DNA from: Candidatus Latescibacterota bacterium
GTDB taxonomy: Bacteria > Latescibacterota > UBA2968 > GCA-2709665
Reading direction: 5' to 3'
Assembly: GCA_965208835.1 (NCBI GenBank)
Contig: OZ242358.1
Span: forward strand, 2,912,001 to 2,976,000
Length of the DNA stretch: 64,000 bases
In this document: positions 50,935-61,607 of the stretch, piece by piece
How positions within the stretch are numbered: position 1 is the stretch's first letter
Layout: every line of letters starts with the position of its first letter
Program-made: the position numbers and the translations under genes
The notes under the pieces: generated by a model
Seen by the model: the letters and a program-made list of their open reading frames with translations, nothing else
The model's database searches: none
What the model was told of the DNA's origin: nothing

Positions 50935-51765
50935 ATGGCAAACGTAAAACAAGACGCGCATCCGTTTTCTGAATTGCGTCTGCGTCTCCGGCGTATCATG
51001 TTCGAATCGGAAACGCCCGCAGGGCGCAGGTTCGCCCTCGTTCTCATTTTCACCATCATACTGAGTGTTCTGACCGTGATGCTGGACAGCGTCGACGCCG
51101 TCCGGAACGACCACGGTGACCTTCTCGACGTCCTTGAGTGGTTCTTTACGTTAATATTTACAATCGAATATTTCTTGCGGCTCGTCTGCTCCGCCCGTCC
51201 TTTACGATACGCGACGTCCTTCTTCGGCATTGTTGACCTGTTTGCCATCATTCCCACCTATATCAGCCTGCTCCTGCCCGGCAGTCAATATCTCGTGGTC
51301 ATTCGTATACTACGTGTCCTGCGCGTCTTTCGCGTACTCAAACTCGTGCAGTACCTGGACGCGGCCCGGATGATGGTCCGTGCAATACGGTCCAGTTACC
51401 GAAAAGTTGCCATATTCGCAGTAACCGTGATGACGGCAGTCGTAATCCTTGGCTCATTGATGTACGTGATCGAAACACCCGAAAACGGGTTTACGAGTAT
51501 TCCCCGCAGCATCTACTGGGCCATCGTGACGATCACCACCGTTGGATACGGTGATATTTCTCCCAAGACCGCGCCCGGCCAGATGCTTGCGACAATCGTG
51601 ATGTTGCTGGGGTACAGCATCATCGCCGTGCCTTCAGGCATCCTGTCGGTTGAAATCTCACAGGCCATGAGAATCCGGGGCGCCGCCCGGACCTGTTCGG
51701 GGTGCAACGCGGAGGCCCGGGATCCCGATGCGAGTTATTGTCAATACTGTGGTACGGAATTATAG
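50935..51765 (+). CDS. Voltage-gated potassium channel family ion transporter
   Basis: S4 RILRVLRVFRVLK, selectivity filter TTVGYGD. Confidence 0.93.
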   Translation: MANVKQDAHPFSELRLRLRRIMFESETPAGRRFALVLIFTIILSVLTVMLDSVDAVRNDHGDLLDVLEWFFTLIFTIEYFLRLVCSARPLRYATSFFGIVDLFAIIPTYISLLLPGSQYLVVIRILRVLRVFRVLKLVQYLDAARMMVRAIRSSYRKVAIFAVTVMTAVVILGSLMYVIETPENGFTSIPRSIYWAIVTITTVGYGDISPKTAPGQMLATIVMLLGYSIIAVPSGILSVEISQAMRIRGAARTCSGCNAEARDPDASYCQYCGTEL

Positions 51766-52738
51766 GCCAGTGGCTGTACTGCTTGCGGTGGCGCTGGCAA
51801 TCGTCTGGTTTCGGCCGGCGTCAGGGACTCCGGAACAGCGGGCCGCCGATCTTTGCATCCGCGCCGAGACCGCGCTGAAACACGGAGACGACGAGAGCGC
51901 GATGACGGCGTTCCGGGAATCCATCGCCATCCACTCGCCCTCCGTGCGTGCCCGGTACGGTCTTGCAGATCTCCTGGCCGCACGTGGACGATTCGACGAA
52001 GCGAAGACGACCCTCGAGGCGATTTCGCCTTATGTGACGAATCCCCGGGAGTGGATAAGATACGCGCGCGCCCTTCGCAACGCACGGTCGGATCGGGAGG
52101 CCGAGGCCGCCTATTTGAGAGCCGTCGAGGGGATGCCGGACAACCCCGCGCACGCCCTGGAGCTGGCCGAATACTATCTCGCGGCCGGAAACCTGGACAA
52201 TGCGGAGACCCATCTCCGGCGCGCCCGGACCTTCGGCGCCGGCCACGCCCGGATTTTCGCAGGACTCGGTCGCGTTCACTTCAGGCGCGGCGAACTCGAC
52301 TCGGCCGCGGCCTGCTTTCGGCGGGCGCTTGAGAAATCCCCGGGAGAAGTCGATTTGCTCTGCGACATCGCCGGTACCGAACTCCGGAGGAAACGACCAC
52401 GCCCTGCACTGTCACATATACGGCGGGCGGTCGAACTGAATCCTCATCATCCTCGCGCTCGGTATGTGATGGGTCAGACCCTGCTCGCCCTCGGACATGA
52501 CGAGGAAGCCGAGGCGCAACTGGCTGTTTTCGAACGCCAGAGCATGCTGGCCGCGCGCATTCGCTATCTGGAACGCAACGCCGCGGAGAACCCGACGGCT
52601 CAACGCTATCAGACCTTGTCGCACTACTATATGCTGTCGGGGCGGGACAGCCTGGCAGCGGCGTGTCAGCAAAGGGCGACGGCGCTCAACCCGCTCGTTA
52701 CTGCGCCCACGGAAGCCATTGGACCCGACCCCTTCTGA
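51728..52738 (+). CDS. Exported tetratricopeptide repeat protein
   Basis: N-terminal hydrophobic segment and repeated A...A..L.P TPR units. Confidence 0.85.
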   Translation: MRVIVNTVVRNYRPVAVLLAVALAIVWFRPASGTPEQRAADLCIRAETALKHGDDESAMTAFRESIAIHSPSVRARYGLADLLAARGRFDEAKTTLEAISPYVTNPREWIRYARALRNARSDREAEAAYLRAVEGMPDNPAHALELAEYYLAAGNLDNAETHLRRARTFGAGHARIFAGLGRVHFRRGELDSAAACFRRALEKSPGEVDLLCDIAGTELRRKRPRPALSHIRRAVELNPHHPRARYVMGQTLLALGHDEEAEAQLAVFERQSMLAARIRYLERNAAENPTAQRYQTLSHYYMLSGRDSLAAACQQRATALNPLVTAPTEAIGPDPF

Positions 52739-52834
52739 GATGTCCGTCCCCGGGTTTGTTACGGCTGGAGAGTGAGGACGTCTTCCGTGCCGGATGTCGG
52801 GCCCGCACAAGGTCGTTTCAGGAAACGGCAACCC

Positions 52835-54832
52835 ATGTCAATGCCATCGACGAAATCGACGAATTCCGATGCCAGCACGGAAGCAGTGAAGAATCGTGGC
52901 GTGACCGTCCGGTCCATCGTCTACGGGCTCCTCCTTTCGGTAGCCATCGGCATCCTGGGCGATACGGTGCGCTACATCCTCCACGCGTCGTTTATGGCGT
53001 ACAGCCATATGCCCATGGGCAACCTGATCCTGACGCTTCTCTCCATCATCTTCTGTTCGATTCTGGCGTACAGGTTCGGCCGGCGGTTCCTGTTCTCCTC
53101 GTCCGAGTGGATCACGATTTTCTGCATGGGGTTCATCAGTTCTCTGGGGCCGACTTACGGGATCAGCGGTTACCTCGTGGGTATCATGGTCGCGCCGCAC
53201 TATTTCGTCACCCAGGAGAACGAATGGGCGCGATACCTTCACCCCTATCTGCCGGGCTGGCTGATTCCGGAGAACGAAGGCAACGCGATGGCCTGGTTTT
53301 ACGAAGGCCTGCCCCAGGGGGCGTCAATTCCCTGGGGCGTCTGGGCCGTGCCCCTGTTCTGGTGGTTCACTTTTCTCTGCGCGGTCGCTTTTGCCGTCGC
53401 CTGCCTCTCCATCATCTTCCGCAAGCAGTGGTCCGAATACGAGCGCCTCGTTTTTCCCGCCATGGAACCCATCATCGAATTCACCACGCAGGGAGGAACG
53501 GGAAGACGATGGTTCCCCGAATTCATGAAGGGCAAGGTGTTCTGGGCAGGATTCATGCTCACCACGTTCGTTTTCGGCTGGAACATGATTGCCTGGTTCT
53601 ATCCCCAGTTCCCCCGCTTCCCAACCGCTTCCGCCCGCTGGTTCTTTTTCTCGCGCGATTATCCTCCCGGCTTTTTCTTCCTGAGTACGGTTGTCATCTG
53701 CTTCTCGTATTTCGCCAGCCTCGAGATCCTCTTCAGCCTCTGGTTTTTCGATGTCCTGTTCATTCTCGAGGGGGGAATCCTGAGCGGTTTCGGCGTCTCG
53801 GCCATCTCACCCTACTATGGTCGAGGCCGTTACATCTGGCAGACGGCAGGAGGGTTTACAGCCTTCGCGCTCTGGGCGATGTGGGTCGCGAGGCATCACC
53901 TGCGCGACGTCATCAGGAAAGCCCTCAACCCCGATCGACCGACTCCGGACGACAGCAACGAGCTGCTTTCGTACCGGCACGCCGTACTCGGCCTGATTGC
54001 CGGATGTCTCTACATGGCGCTCTGGTTGGCGTGGATCGGCATGCAGGTCAAGATTATCGTCCTTCTCATCCTGTGCATGCTCTTCGTCTATACAACCGTT
54101 TCAAAGATGCTCGCGGACTCCGGAATCGTCTACCTGAACCCGCCCACGTCAGCGTGGGGTCTCGTCAGCCGGTTTCTGGGCGGTTCCCACACGTTTACCG
54201 CACACACCAAGATGGCGCTGAGCATGTCCTCGCGGGCCGTAAACCACTACCGGGGCCTCTCCATGGGTACCATGACCCACATCAATCGCCTGGCGGAATT
54301 CCTGCCGGCGGGCAAACGCCGGCTGTTCGGTGCGGTCTGCGCGGCGTTCGTGGTGGGCATGGTCACGTCCACGTTCTACACGGTGTGGCTGGGTTATACC
54401 ATGGGGGGATACAATATCCAGCCCAACTGGCTGATCATCCACGCCGGCGTCCGACAGATTCAGGGCATCGCCAACTCCATCAAGGCCGTCGACAGCCCGA
54501 TCGAATCGGTCAACTACTGGTTCTTTTTCGCCGGCGCCGCCGTCATGGCCCTGTTGAATCTGATGCGGTATCGCTTCGTCTGGTGGCCGCTGCATCCCAT
54601 CGGATTCGCCCTCTCCGGCACGGCGCTTTCGCGGCTTACAAGCGCGACCATCTTTGTCGCCTGGCTGGTCAAACTGAGTATGCTCAAGCTGGCCGGCGCC
54701 GCCTTCTACCGGAAATCCAGACCCTTTTTCATCGGCATGCTTGTAGGTTACATATTGTCGGTGGCCGCAGGCGTTGTCGTGGACGCCATCTGGTTCCAGC
54801 CGGATGGACACGTGGTACACAAATGGTACTAG
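52835..54832 (+). CDS. DUF6785/DUF6784-type polytopic membrane protein (putative peptide transporter)
   Basis: Many TM helices; IPWGVWAVPL..W, RKQWSEYERLVFP, WWPLHPIGF motifs. Confidence 0.75.
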   Translation: MSMPSTKSTNSDASTEAVKNRGVTVRSIVYGLLLSVAIGILGDTVRYILHASFMAYSHMPMGNLILTLLSIIFCSILAYRFGRRFLFSSSEWITIFCMGFISSLGPTYGISGYLVGIMVAPHYFVTQENEWARYLHPYLPGWLIPENEGNAMAWFYEGLPQGASIPWGVWAVPLFWWFTFLCAVAFAVACLSIIFRKQWSEYERLVFPAMEPIIEFTTQGGTGRRWFPEFMKGKVFWAGFMLTTFVFGWNMIAWFYPQFPRFPTASARWFFFSRDYPPGFFFLSTVVICFSYFASLEILFSLWFFDVLFILEGGILSGFGVSAISPYYGRGRYIWQTAGGFTAFALWAMWVARHHLRDVIRKALNPDRPTPDDSNELLSYRHAVLGLIAGCLYMALWLAWIGMQVKIIVLLILCMLFVYTTVSKMLADSGIVYLNPPTSAWGLVSRFLGGSHTFTAHTKMALSMSSRAVNHYRGLSMGTMTHINRLAEFLPAGKRRLFGAVCAAFVVGMVTSTFYTVWLGYTMGGYNIQPNWLIIHAGVRQIQGIANSIKAVDSPIESVNYWFFFAGAAVMALLNLMRYRFVWWPLHPIGFALSGTALSRLTSATIFVAWLVKLSMLKLAGAAFYRKSRPFFIGMLVGYILSVAAGVVVDAIWFQPDGHVVHKWY

Positions 54833-54921
54833 CGATCTGCTATCCGGCCGGAAACCCTGCTCAGCAGGTATCGCCCTGACGTCCAATTGACGAAAATCCT
54901 CATTAAGATTCAGGTATTTCC

Positions 54922-57900
54922 GTGAAAACAAAAAACATCACACTCGGCCTGGTCATCCTGATCGCCTTTCTCGCGTTGACCCTGGTCTCCCCTCAGTCGC
55001 TGACCGACCGCCTGTTCGAATGGTTCGACATCCGCTATCCCGATCCGCCGCCCGACCGGGTGGCGACCGGCCAGCAGCAACTGGCCGACAGCATCCGTGG
55101 CCGAATCACTCCGGCTGGAGTCGAGTCCCGTCTGCTCCGGCTCAGCGGATCGGGTTCCCGTGTCGTGGGCTACCCGGGCCACAGCGATGCATCTCTCTAT
55201 ATCCGGGAAGAGTTCGAACGTATCGGACTGGAAAACGTCTCGGTGGAAACCTACGACGTCACGTCGCCGGTCGACAAGGGCGGCGGGCTTCGCATCCTCG
55301 GTGAGCCACGCATCATCCCCATTCATGCGGTCTGGCCCAACCTGGTCCGCACGTCCACGCTGCCGCGCGCCGGACTGCGGGCCCCTCTGATTGACGGCGG
55401 CGCCGGCGAATTCGCCGATTTCAACGGCAAAGAGCCGGACGGGAGCGTCGTGCTGCTGGATTTCAACTCCTGGAACCGCTGGATGAACGCCTCCATGCTG
55501 GGCGCAAGGGCGATCGTCTTTGTCGCGCCGGATTCGACCACAACGGCCGAGGCGGAGCAGAAATTCTTCCAGGTCCCGCTCAACGCGCCCCGCTTCTGGA
55601 TCGGCAAGTCCGCAGGGGAACGTCTCCGGCGCCGACTGGCCGCCGGCGAGCGGATCGAAGTGGAATTGAAGTCCCGGATGGACTGGGAGCGGCATCCGAC
55701 GCAGAACATCATGGGCTGGATTACGGGCGCGGATCCGCAGCTTCGGGAACGCGTTGTCCTGATCGACGCCTACTACGACGCGATGTCGGTGGTACCCGCG
55801 CTCGCCCCGGGCGCAGAACAGGCATCCGGAATCGCCGCCATGCTGGAGATGGCTGAATATTTCAAGGCGCATCCGCCCGCCCACACCGTCCTTTTCCTGG
55901 CCACGTCGGCCCACAATCTCGGCTTTCGCGGCGTATGCGACTTCCTGGGAAGGCATGCGCGGAAAGAGGAACATTTCGCCGCGCTGATGACCGACCCCAT
56001 CGATATCCGGCTGTGGATCTCCCTGGACCTCACCTCGCAAACCGACCAGATGGCCGTATGGAACGGTTCCACCGCGTTCTACTTCCAGCGGTTCTTCACG
56101 CCTCTCGGCAAACGCTTCAGCACCCTCGGCTCGGACCTCGCGCCGGCATTCGGCATGGACGCAAAGCGGTCGCTCGTCGACGGCATCAACCCGCCATCGG
56201 GTATGAGCTGGAACATGTTCATTCCCGGCGGCAATTTGAAGACCGACTCACAGGTCGTACTCACCGCGGGAATGCCGACATTGGCTTTCGTGACCATCAA
56301 CGACGCCCGATTCAGGGTCGATACCCCCTACGACACCGTCGACCACGTCAATCTGACCAACCTGACGAATCAGATCCGGCTGCTGACCGCGGCGCTTAGC
56401 AAGGCCTTCAACGATCCTGGCTTCCTGCCCGATTACCGCGTCAAGATGAAGGACCGGATGCGCGCGTTGAAGGGACGCATCCTCACCTTTCCCCGGCGCA
56501 GCATCACGCCGGACCGGCCCCGCAAGGGCGCGGTGGCGGTATTGCGAATGTCTTCCGAGAAATCGGTCAAGGGCGTACGTGCCATTTTCTACGATCAAGC
56601 AGACGAAAACGGCGAGTTCTACGTTCCCGGTCTCGCCGTGCGCCGGGTTGGACTCGATGCCTTTTATCTTGACCCGCAAAGCGGCGAAATCACCTATGCG
56701 GCAGATCGAGGGCAGGCAGCCCGGATCTACAAGCCTGAATTCGGCATGGACTGGTGGATAACACGCGCCACGCGCATCCTGTTTCCCTGTGTTTCTACGG
56801 ATTTTTACGAAACCGTGGACCCGCGTTACCTCACCAAACTCCCGAGTCTCTCCCTGTACGGTGACGGGAACACCGCCCCTCGGGAATATGGATATACCCT
56901 GGGCTACGGCCCCAACGAGCCGGTGGGGGTCGTGTTCACTCCTCCCGGCACCAGACTCAAGCTCACCATGCATACGCGCGGGATCGGCATCCGCTACCTG
57001 CTGCTGAATGCAACGGATACAACCAGCGTCGAAGCTGCGCATAAAAGCGGATTTGTGGCCGCCACCCACGGCGCAATAACGCACACGGCTTACCAGGCCG
57101 CCAGAGACATGTGGGTCCTGGACCACGCCAGAATGCGCGAACTTCACGCCTTCGGAATCGAAAACGACCGTCTTGCCGATCTGCACAGCAGGGCGAAGGA
57201 ACACCTGGACAAGGCGGACGCCTCCCGGCAGGAATTGCGGTGGGACGATTTCATCAGGCATTCTCGGGCCGCGCTGGGTCTCGAGTCACGTGCGTATCCC
57301 GATGTAAAGGGGACGCAGAACGACGTGATCCGCGGCATCATCTTCTTTATGGCCCTGGTGCTTCCCTGTGCCTTCTTCGGAGAGCGTCTGATTTTCACTG
57401 CGGTGGATATCCGGCGCCAGATTGCGGGTTTTGCAGGCATTTTCGTCGTGATCTGGATCTTCCTGTCGATCGTCCATCCCGCGTTCGACCTTTCCAATCC
57501 TTTCGTAATACTCCTCGCCTTTGTGCTCCTGGCGCTGGCCAGCTTCGTGATCAGTCTGGTATTCTCCCGCTTCAACAGTCAAATGCGCAACCTCCGTACG
57601 GAGGCCGCCGTTATCCACGACGTGGACGTGGGTCGGATTTCCGCCTCTCTGGCTGCCTTTCAACTGGGCATCGCCAACATGAAGCGGCGCAAACTCAGAA
57701 CGCTGCTGACGTTTACCACGCTGGTGCTGCTCACCTTTACCGTCCTTTCTTTCTCTTCCATCAAGTCCCAGCTCAAGTTTCACCAGATCGCGCGCGATAA
57801 TCTGGGCCCGTATCCGGGGATGCTCATCCGCAGCAAGTACTGGGCGCCGCTGGAGGAGTCCGTTCTGGATTATGCGCAGGCCAACTTCGGAAAGGAAGCC

Positions 57901-59460
57901 GTGATTGCGCCGCGCAGCTGGTACGCCTCCAAAGAGAAAAAAGCCATCCAGGTCGTATCGGACAGCGCGTCGGCAAACGCGCTCGGCATTGTGGGGCTGA
58001 CCGCGCAGGAGACCGATGTGATCGGTATCCAGGACTGCCTGTCCGCCGGTCGGTGGTTCCTTCCGGACGAGCGCAACGTTACCGTGCTGTCCCAGGCGAT
58101 GGCTGACCTTCTGAAGATCGGTGAATCCGATATCGGACAGGCGGAGGTACGCCTCTTCGGAGAGCGTTTCAAGGTTGTCGGTCTGATCGACGCCGAACGG
58201 ATGAAAGATCTGGAAGACCTCGATGGCGAGCCGCTCACGCCTGCCGATTTCGTGCTGACCGACGAGAACGTGTTCATGCAGATGGCCCAGCAGGAGAAGC
58301 GGGAGAAGGCCGGACTGGAGGAGACGGACGTCGAAATCATGGAGTTCGAACACCTCGACCCGGCAAACGTGATGGTGGTCCCCTACCAGACCCTGAGGGA
58401 GGTCAACAGCCCGCTCCAGGCAATTGCGGTCCGGTTCAGGGAACCGGCGGTCGTCAAGGCGCGCGTGGAGAGTTTCATCTCGCGGCTGTCCGTCGTCCTC
58501 TTCGCCGGGATCCCGGACATTTCGCCTGAGGGAAAGATCGGGCGGATTGCCGTTTCCGTGTACTCCTCGTACGGACAGGCGTCGCCCCAGGGCCTCGCCA
58601 ACCTCTTCGTTCCCATCGCCATAGCGGCCCTGATCGTGTTGAACACGATGATGGGATCCGTGTACGAGCGATTCCGGGAAATCGGCATCTATTCCTCGGT
58701 CGGTCTGGCGCCCGTCCACATCGCCTTCCTGTTCCTGGCCGAGTCCTGCGTGTACGCGGTGCTCGGCGCGGTCTCGGGCTATCTGCTGGCACAGGGCGTG
58801 TCCAAAGTCGTACTCTGGCAGGGGCTTCTGGAGGGCATAACGGTGAACTATTCTTCGGTATCGGCCATGGCCTCCTCGACGCTTGTCATGCTCGTGGTGA
58901 TCCTGTCCACCGTATACCCTGCACGGCGGGCTTCCCAGATGGCGGTTCCGGATATCACCCGGCGCTGGAAACTCCCAGAACCGGACGGGGACCGCTGGCA
59001 CTTCGAGTTTCCGTTCACCATATCCGGCGGCGAGGTTCTGGGGCTGTTTACGTTTCTCACCCGGTACTTCGACTTCCATACGGAAAGCTCGATGGGCACC
59101 TTCTTTACCCACGGGGCCAACCTGTCCACGTATGACACCGACCGTGGCCGTGGCTATCGTATAGATACGACAATCTGGCTGGCGCCCTTCGATCTCGGGG
59201 TAAGCCAGAACATCAGCCTCACGTCCACGCCCACCGGCGCGTTCGACATCCACGCGCTTGAAATCACCATTGACCGGCTTTCGGGCGATCTCGCCTCGTG
59301 GAAACGATGCAACCAGCGCTTCATGAACCAGATCCGGAAACAGTTCCTCATCTGGCGTACGATTCCCGAAGAAAGTCAGCGTCAATACGCGAGTGAGGGC
59401 GATGAGCTGATCGACAAGGGCCGGGCGGCCAACCTGGCGTCCGCGGTGGAGAACGTCTGA
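54922..59460 (+). CDS. Giant membrane protein: M28-peptidase-like extracytoplasmic domain plus FtsX/MacB-like permease
   Basis: SRVVGYPG, PA-like insert, AYYD/GAEQASG; later NMKRRKLRTLLT and VYERFREIGIYSSVGLAP (FtsX signature). Confidence 0.8.
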   Translation: MKTKNITLGLVILIAFLALTLVSPQSLTDRLFEWFDIRYPDPPPDRVATGQQQLADSIRGRITPAGVESRLLRLSGSGSRVVGYPGHSDASLYIREEFERIGLENVSVETYDVTSPVDKGGGLRILGEPRIIPIHAVWPNLVRTSTLPRAGLRAPLIDGGAGEFADFNGKEPDGSVVLLDFNSWNRWMNASMLGARAIVFVAPDSTTTAEAEQKFFQVPLNAPRFWIGKSAGERLRRRLAAGERIEVELKSRMDWERHPTQNIMGWITGADPQLRERVVLIDAYYDAMSVVPALAPGAEQASGIAAMLEMAEYFKAHPPAHTVLFLATSAHNLGFRGVCDFLGRHARKEEHFAALMTDPIDIRLWISLDLTSQTDQMAVWNGSTAFYFQRFFTPLGKRFSTLGSDLAPAFGMDAKRSLVDGINPPSGMSWNMFIPGGNLKTDSQVVLTAGMPTLAFVTINDARFRVDTPYDTVDHVNLTNLTNQIRLLTAALSKAFNDPGFLPDYRVKMKDRMRALKGRILTFPRRSITPDRPRKGAVAVLRMSSEKSVKGVRAIFYDQADENGEFYVPGLAVRRVGLDAFYLDPQSGEITYAADRGQAARIYKPEFGMDWWITRATRILFPCVSTDFYETVDPRYLTKLPSLSLYGDGNTAPREYGYTLGYGPNEPVGVVFTPPGTRLKLTMHTRGIGIRYLLLNATDTTSVEAAHKSGFVAATHGAITHTAYQAARDMWVLDHARMRELHAFGIENDRLADLHSRAKEHLDKADASRQELRWDDFIRHSRAALGLESRAYPDVKGTQNDVIRGIIFFMALVLPCAFFGERLIFTAVDIRRQIAGFAGIFVVIWIFLSIVHPAFDLSNPFVILLAFVLLALASFVISLVFSRFNSQMRNLRTEAAVIHDVDVGRISASLAAFQLGIANMKRRKLRTLLTFTTLVLLTFTVLSFSSIKSQLKFHQIARDNLGPYPGMLIRSKYWAPLEESVLDYAQANFGKEAVIAPRSWYASKEKKAIQVVSDSASANALGIVGLTAQETDVIGIQDCLSAGRWFLPDERNVTVLSQAMADLLKIGESDIGQAEVRLFGERFKVVGLIDAERMKDLEDLDGEPLTPADFVLTDENVFMQMAQQEKREKAGLEETDVEIMEFEHLDPANVMVVPYQTLREVNSPLQAIAVRFREPAVVKARVESFISRLSVVLFAGIPDISPEGKIGRIAVSVYSSYGQASPQGLANLFVPIAIAALIVLNTMMGSVYERFREIGIYSSVGLAPVHIAFLFLAESCVYAVLGAVSGYLLAQGVSKVVLWQGLLEGITVNYSSVSAMASSTLVMLVVILSTVYPARRASQMAVPDITRRWKLPEPDGDRWHFEFPFTISGGEVLGLFTFLTRYFDFHTESSMGTFFTHGANLSTYDTDRGRGYRIDTTIWLAPFDLGVSQNISLTSTPTGAFDIHALEITIDRLSGDLASWKRCNQRFMNQIRKQFLIWRTIPEESQRQYASEGDELIDKGRAANLASAVENV

Positions 59461-59552
59461 TGCCGGCCCGACCCCTCCTTCCACGCCCATCGGCGCACCG
59501 GGAACCCCGCCCGGCGTGTCAATGCCGCTACCGGCTACGGAAGCCGTAGACC

Positions 59553-60839
59553 GTGTCTCTCGGCAGACACATTCTGGTTGAGCTTTACGGGGCTCCCGCA
59601 TCCGTACTGAACGACGTCATCCGCATCGAAGCGTGCATGGTTCGCGCGGCTCGAGCGGCGAACGCCACCGTTATCAACACGTCCTTCCATCGTTTTTCGC
59701 CTTACGGCGTCTCCGGCGTCGTTGTCATCCACGAGAGCCACCTCTCCATCCATACCTGGCCGGAGTACGGTTTCGCCGCGGTCGATCTGTTTACCTGCGG
59801 AGATACGATCGACCCGTGGCCTGCGTATGAAGCGCTGAAGTCGGACCTGAAAGCCGCTCACGGCACGACCCGCGAAATCGACCGCGGTCAGTTCGATGGT
59901 CCCGCTCAGGCCGATGCCGCGTCGACGCAGGCAGCCGCGGAAAATCCTCCAGCGCACATCCGCAATCTCTGGTTTACCAGGCGGGAGGAACAGATTGCCC
60001 TCTCGCTCAGGCACGCCGGCGCGCTCTTCCAGCACGAGTCGCCACATCAGAAAATCGAAGTTCTCGACAGCTACGGGTACGGCAAGACGCTGGTGATCGA
60101 CGGGGCGATCGTATGCACGGAACGCGACGAGTACATCTACCACGAGATGATCGTCCACGTACCCATGCAGACCCGCCCCGACGCGAAGCGAGCCCTGGTT
60201 GTCGGGGGAGGCGACGGCGGCGCCCTTCGAGAACTCTTGCGTTACCAGCGGATCGAGGAGGTCGTCGTCGTTGAACTCGACGACGCGGTTGTCAGCGCAT
60301 GCAGAAAACACTTCCCGGCCCTCGCGCCGGCCTTCGATGACCCCAGACTCTCGCTTCACATTGCGGACGGTTTCGACTTTCTGCAAACCTGCCCCGCCGG
60401 GTCCTTCGATCTCGCGATCGTCGATGTCGCCAATCCCGCCGGCGGGCCCCGGCATCTGTTTTCAGAACCCTTCTACGGGCGGGTCCGGGAGAGCCTCGGT
60501 CCCGGAGGCGTAATGGCCGCGCAAACGGAACCGCCCGCGCTCGACAGCCGGACTTTCTCTGAAATATACAGACGCCAGGAAACGGTCTTCGGCACGGGAA
60601 ACGTACACTGCTACCTGGCCTGCATCCCCACGTATGCGACCGGTCTGCTCAGCTTTTCTTATGCCGCAGCCGAGTGTGCGGACCCCCAGAACGACATCGT
60701 TCCGGCGAAAGCCCGCCGATTTGCGGATGCCCAGAACCTGCAATATTACAACGACGAAATTCACAAAGCCGCCTTTGTACTTCCCCCGTACGTCAGACGT
60801 CTTCTGCGAGGTGAAACCCCGATGCCGGCGCGGTCCTGA
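59553..60839 (+). CDS. Fused S-adenosylmethionine decarboxylase / polyamine aminopropyltransferase (SpeD-SpeE)
   Basis: [22 protein letters not shown], then [29 protein letters not shown] in one ORF. Confidence 0.9.
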   Translation: MSLGRHILVELYGAPASVLNDVIRIEACMVRAARAANATVINTSFHRFSPYGVSGVVVIHESHLSIHTWPEYGFAAVDLFTCGDTIDPWPAYEALKSDLKAAHGTTREIDRGQFDGPAQADAASTQAAAENPPAHIRNLWFTRREEQIALSLRHAGALFQHESPHQKIEVLDSYGYGKTLVIDGAIVCTERDEYIYHEMIVHVPMQTRPDAKRALVVGGGDGGALRELLRYQRIEEVVVVELDDAVVSACRKHFPALAPAFDDPRLSLHIADGFDFLQTCPAGSFDLAIVDVANPAGGPRHLFSEPFYGRVRESLGPGGVMAAQTEPPALDSRTFSEIYRRQETVFGTGNVHCYLACIPTYATGLLSFSYAAAECADPQNDIVPAKARRFADAQNLQYYNDEIHKAAFVLPPYVRRLLRGETPMPARS

Positions 60840-61002
60840 CACCGGCAATATCGCGGATGACCACAACACATTCCCGGCGAATTCGTGTAGGGCCGTCCGA
60901 CGGTGGTTCCTCTGCTTTTTGGTTGACAACGGGCACGCCTGAGCGTAGCTTCAGCGACGACCGCCAGGCAAAATCCGCAGGAAGTGAGTAAAGGAAACAG
61001 CA

Positions 61003-61545
61003 ATGGCCGACGAACCGCCATCCGAGATGCGACCGCTTGACGCCGCTGGCAGAATCGGGTTCAACAGACGGTTCGTCGCGTTCGCAATCGACGTCATCGC
61101 CATCTGGATCCTGACCTCCGTTACGGGCCTTGTCACTGGAGACGACGGCTCCTCGATTCCGTCGAGCCTGAACGACCTCTCTGAACTGACGGCGCTTATG
61201 GCGAGCGTGGGCGTCGTCGTATCCGCCGTCCAGATCCTCTACTGCCTGATCGAGGGTCTCACCGGCGCATCGCCCGGAAAGATGATCGTCAGGATTCACA
61301 TCAGGGACGCCAGCGGCGCGCCGGCAAGCACCGGTACGCTGATTCTCCGCATGATTGTAAAACAGATAAAGGTCTTTGCGACGCTGCTTGTCTCGCTCAC
61401 CGGGAGCCAACTGCTGACGGTTGTCGGGTTGGCAGGGGGCTTGATCGTCTTCTTCGGATGCTTTCTCGCACTGGGCGCCGCCAGACAGGCGCTGCACGAC
61501 CGGTTTGTCCAGACCGCCGTATTCCCTACGGGAACCCGTGCCTGA
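61003..61545 (+). CDS. RDD family membrane protein
   Basis: RRFVAFAID, GASPGK, QALHD. Confidence 0.85.
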   Translation: MADEPPSEMRPLDAAGRIGFNRRFVAFAIDVIAIWILTSVTGLVTGDDGSSIPSSLNDLSELTALMASVGVVVSAVQILYCLIEGLTGASPGKMIVRIHIRDASGAPASTGTLILRMIVKQIKVFATLLVSLTGSQLLTVVGLAGGLIVFFGCFLALGAARQALHDRFVQTAVFPTGTRA

Positions 61546-61607
61546 ACCTTTTTTATCCCCGAAATTCTCCCTGAACGCTGCATCCCGGGGGGAATTTTGC
61601 GTAAAGT

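Noticed and set aside
52663-54879. 738-aa + strand ORF overlapping the DUF6785 gene
   Set aside because: Alternate frame, Arg/Pro-rich composition with no domain signal
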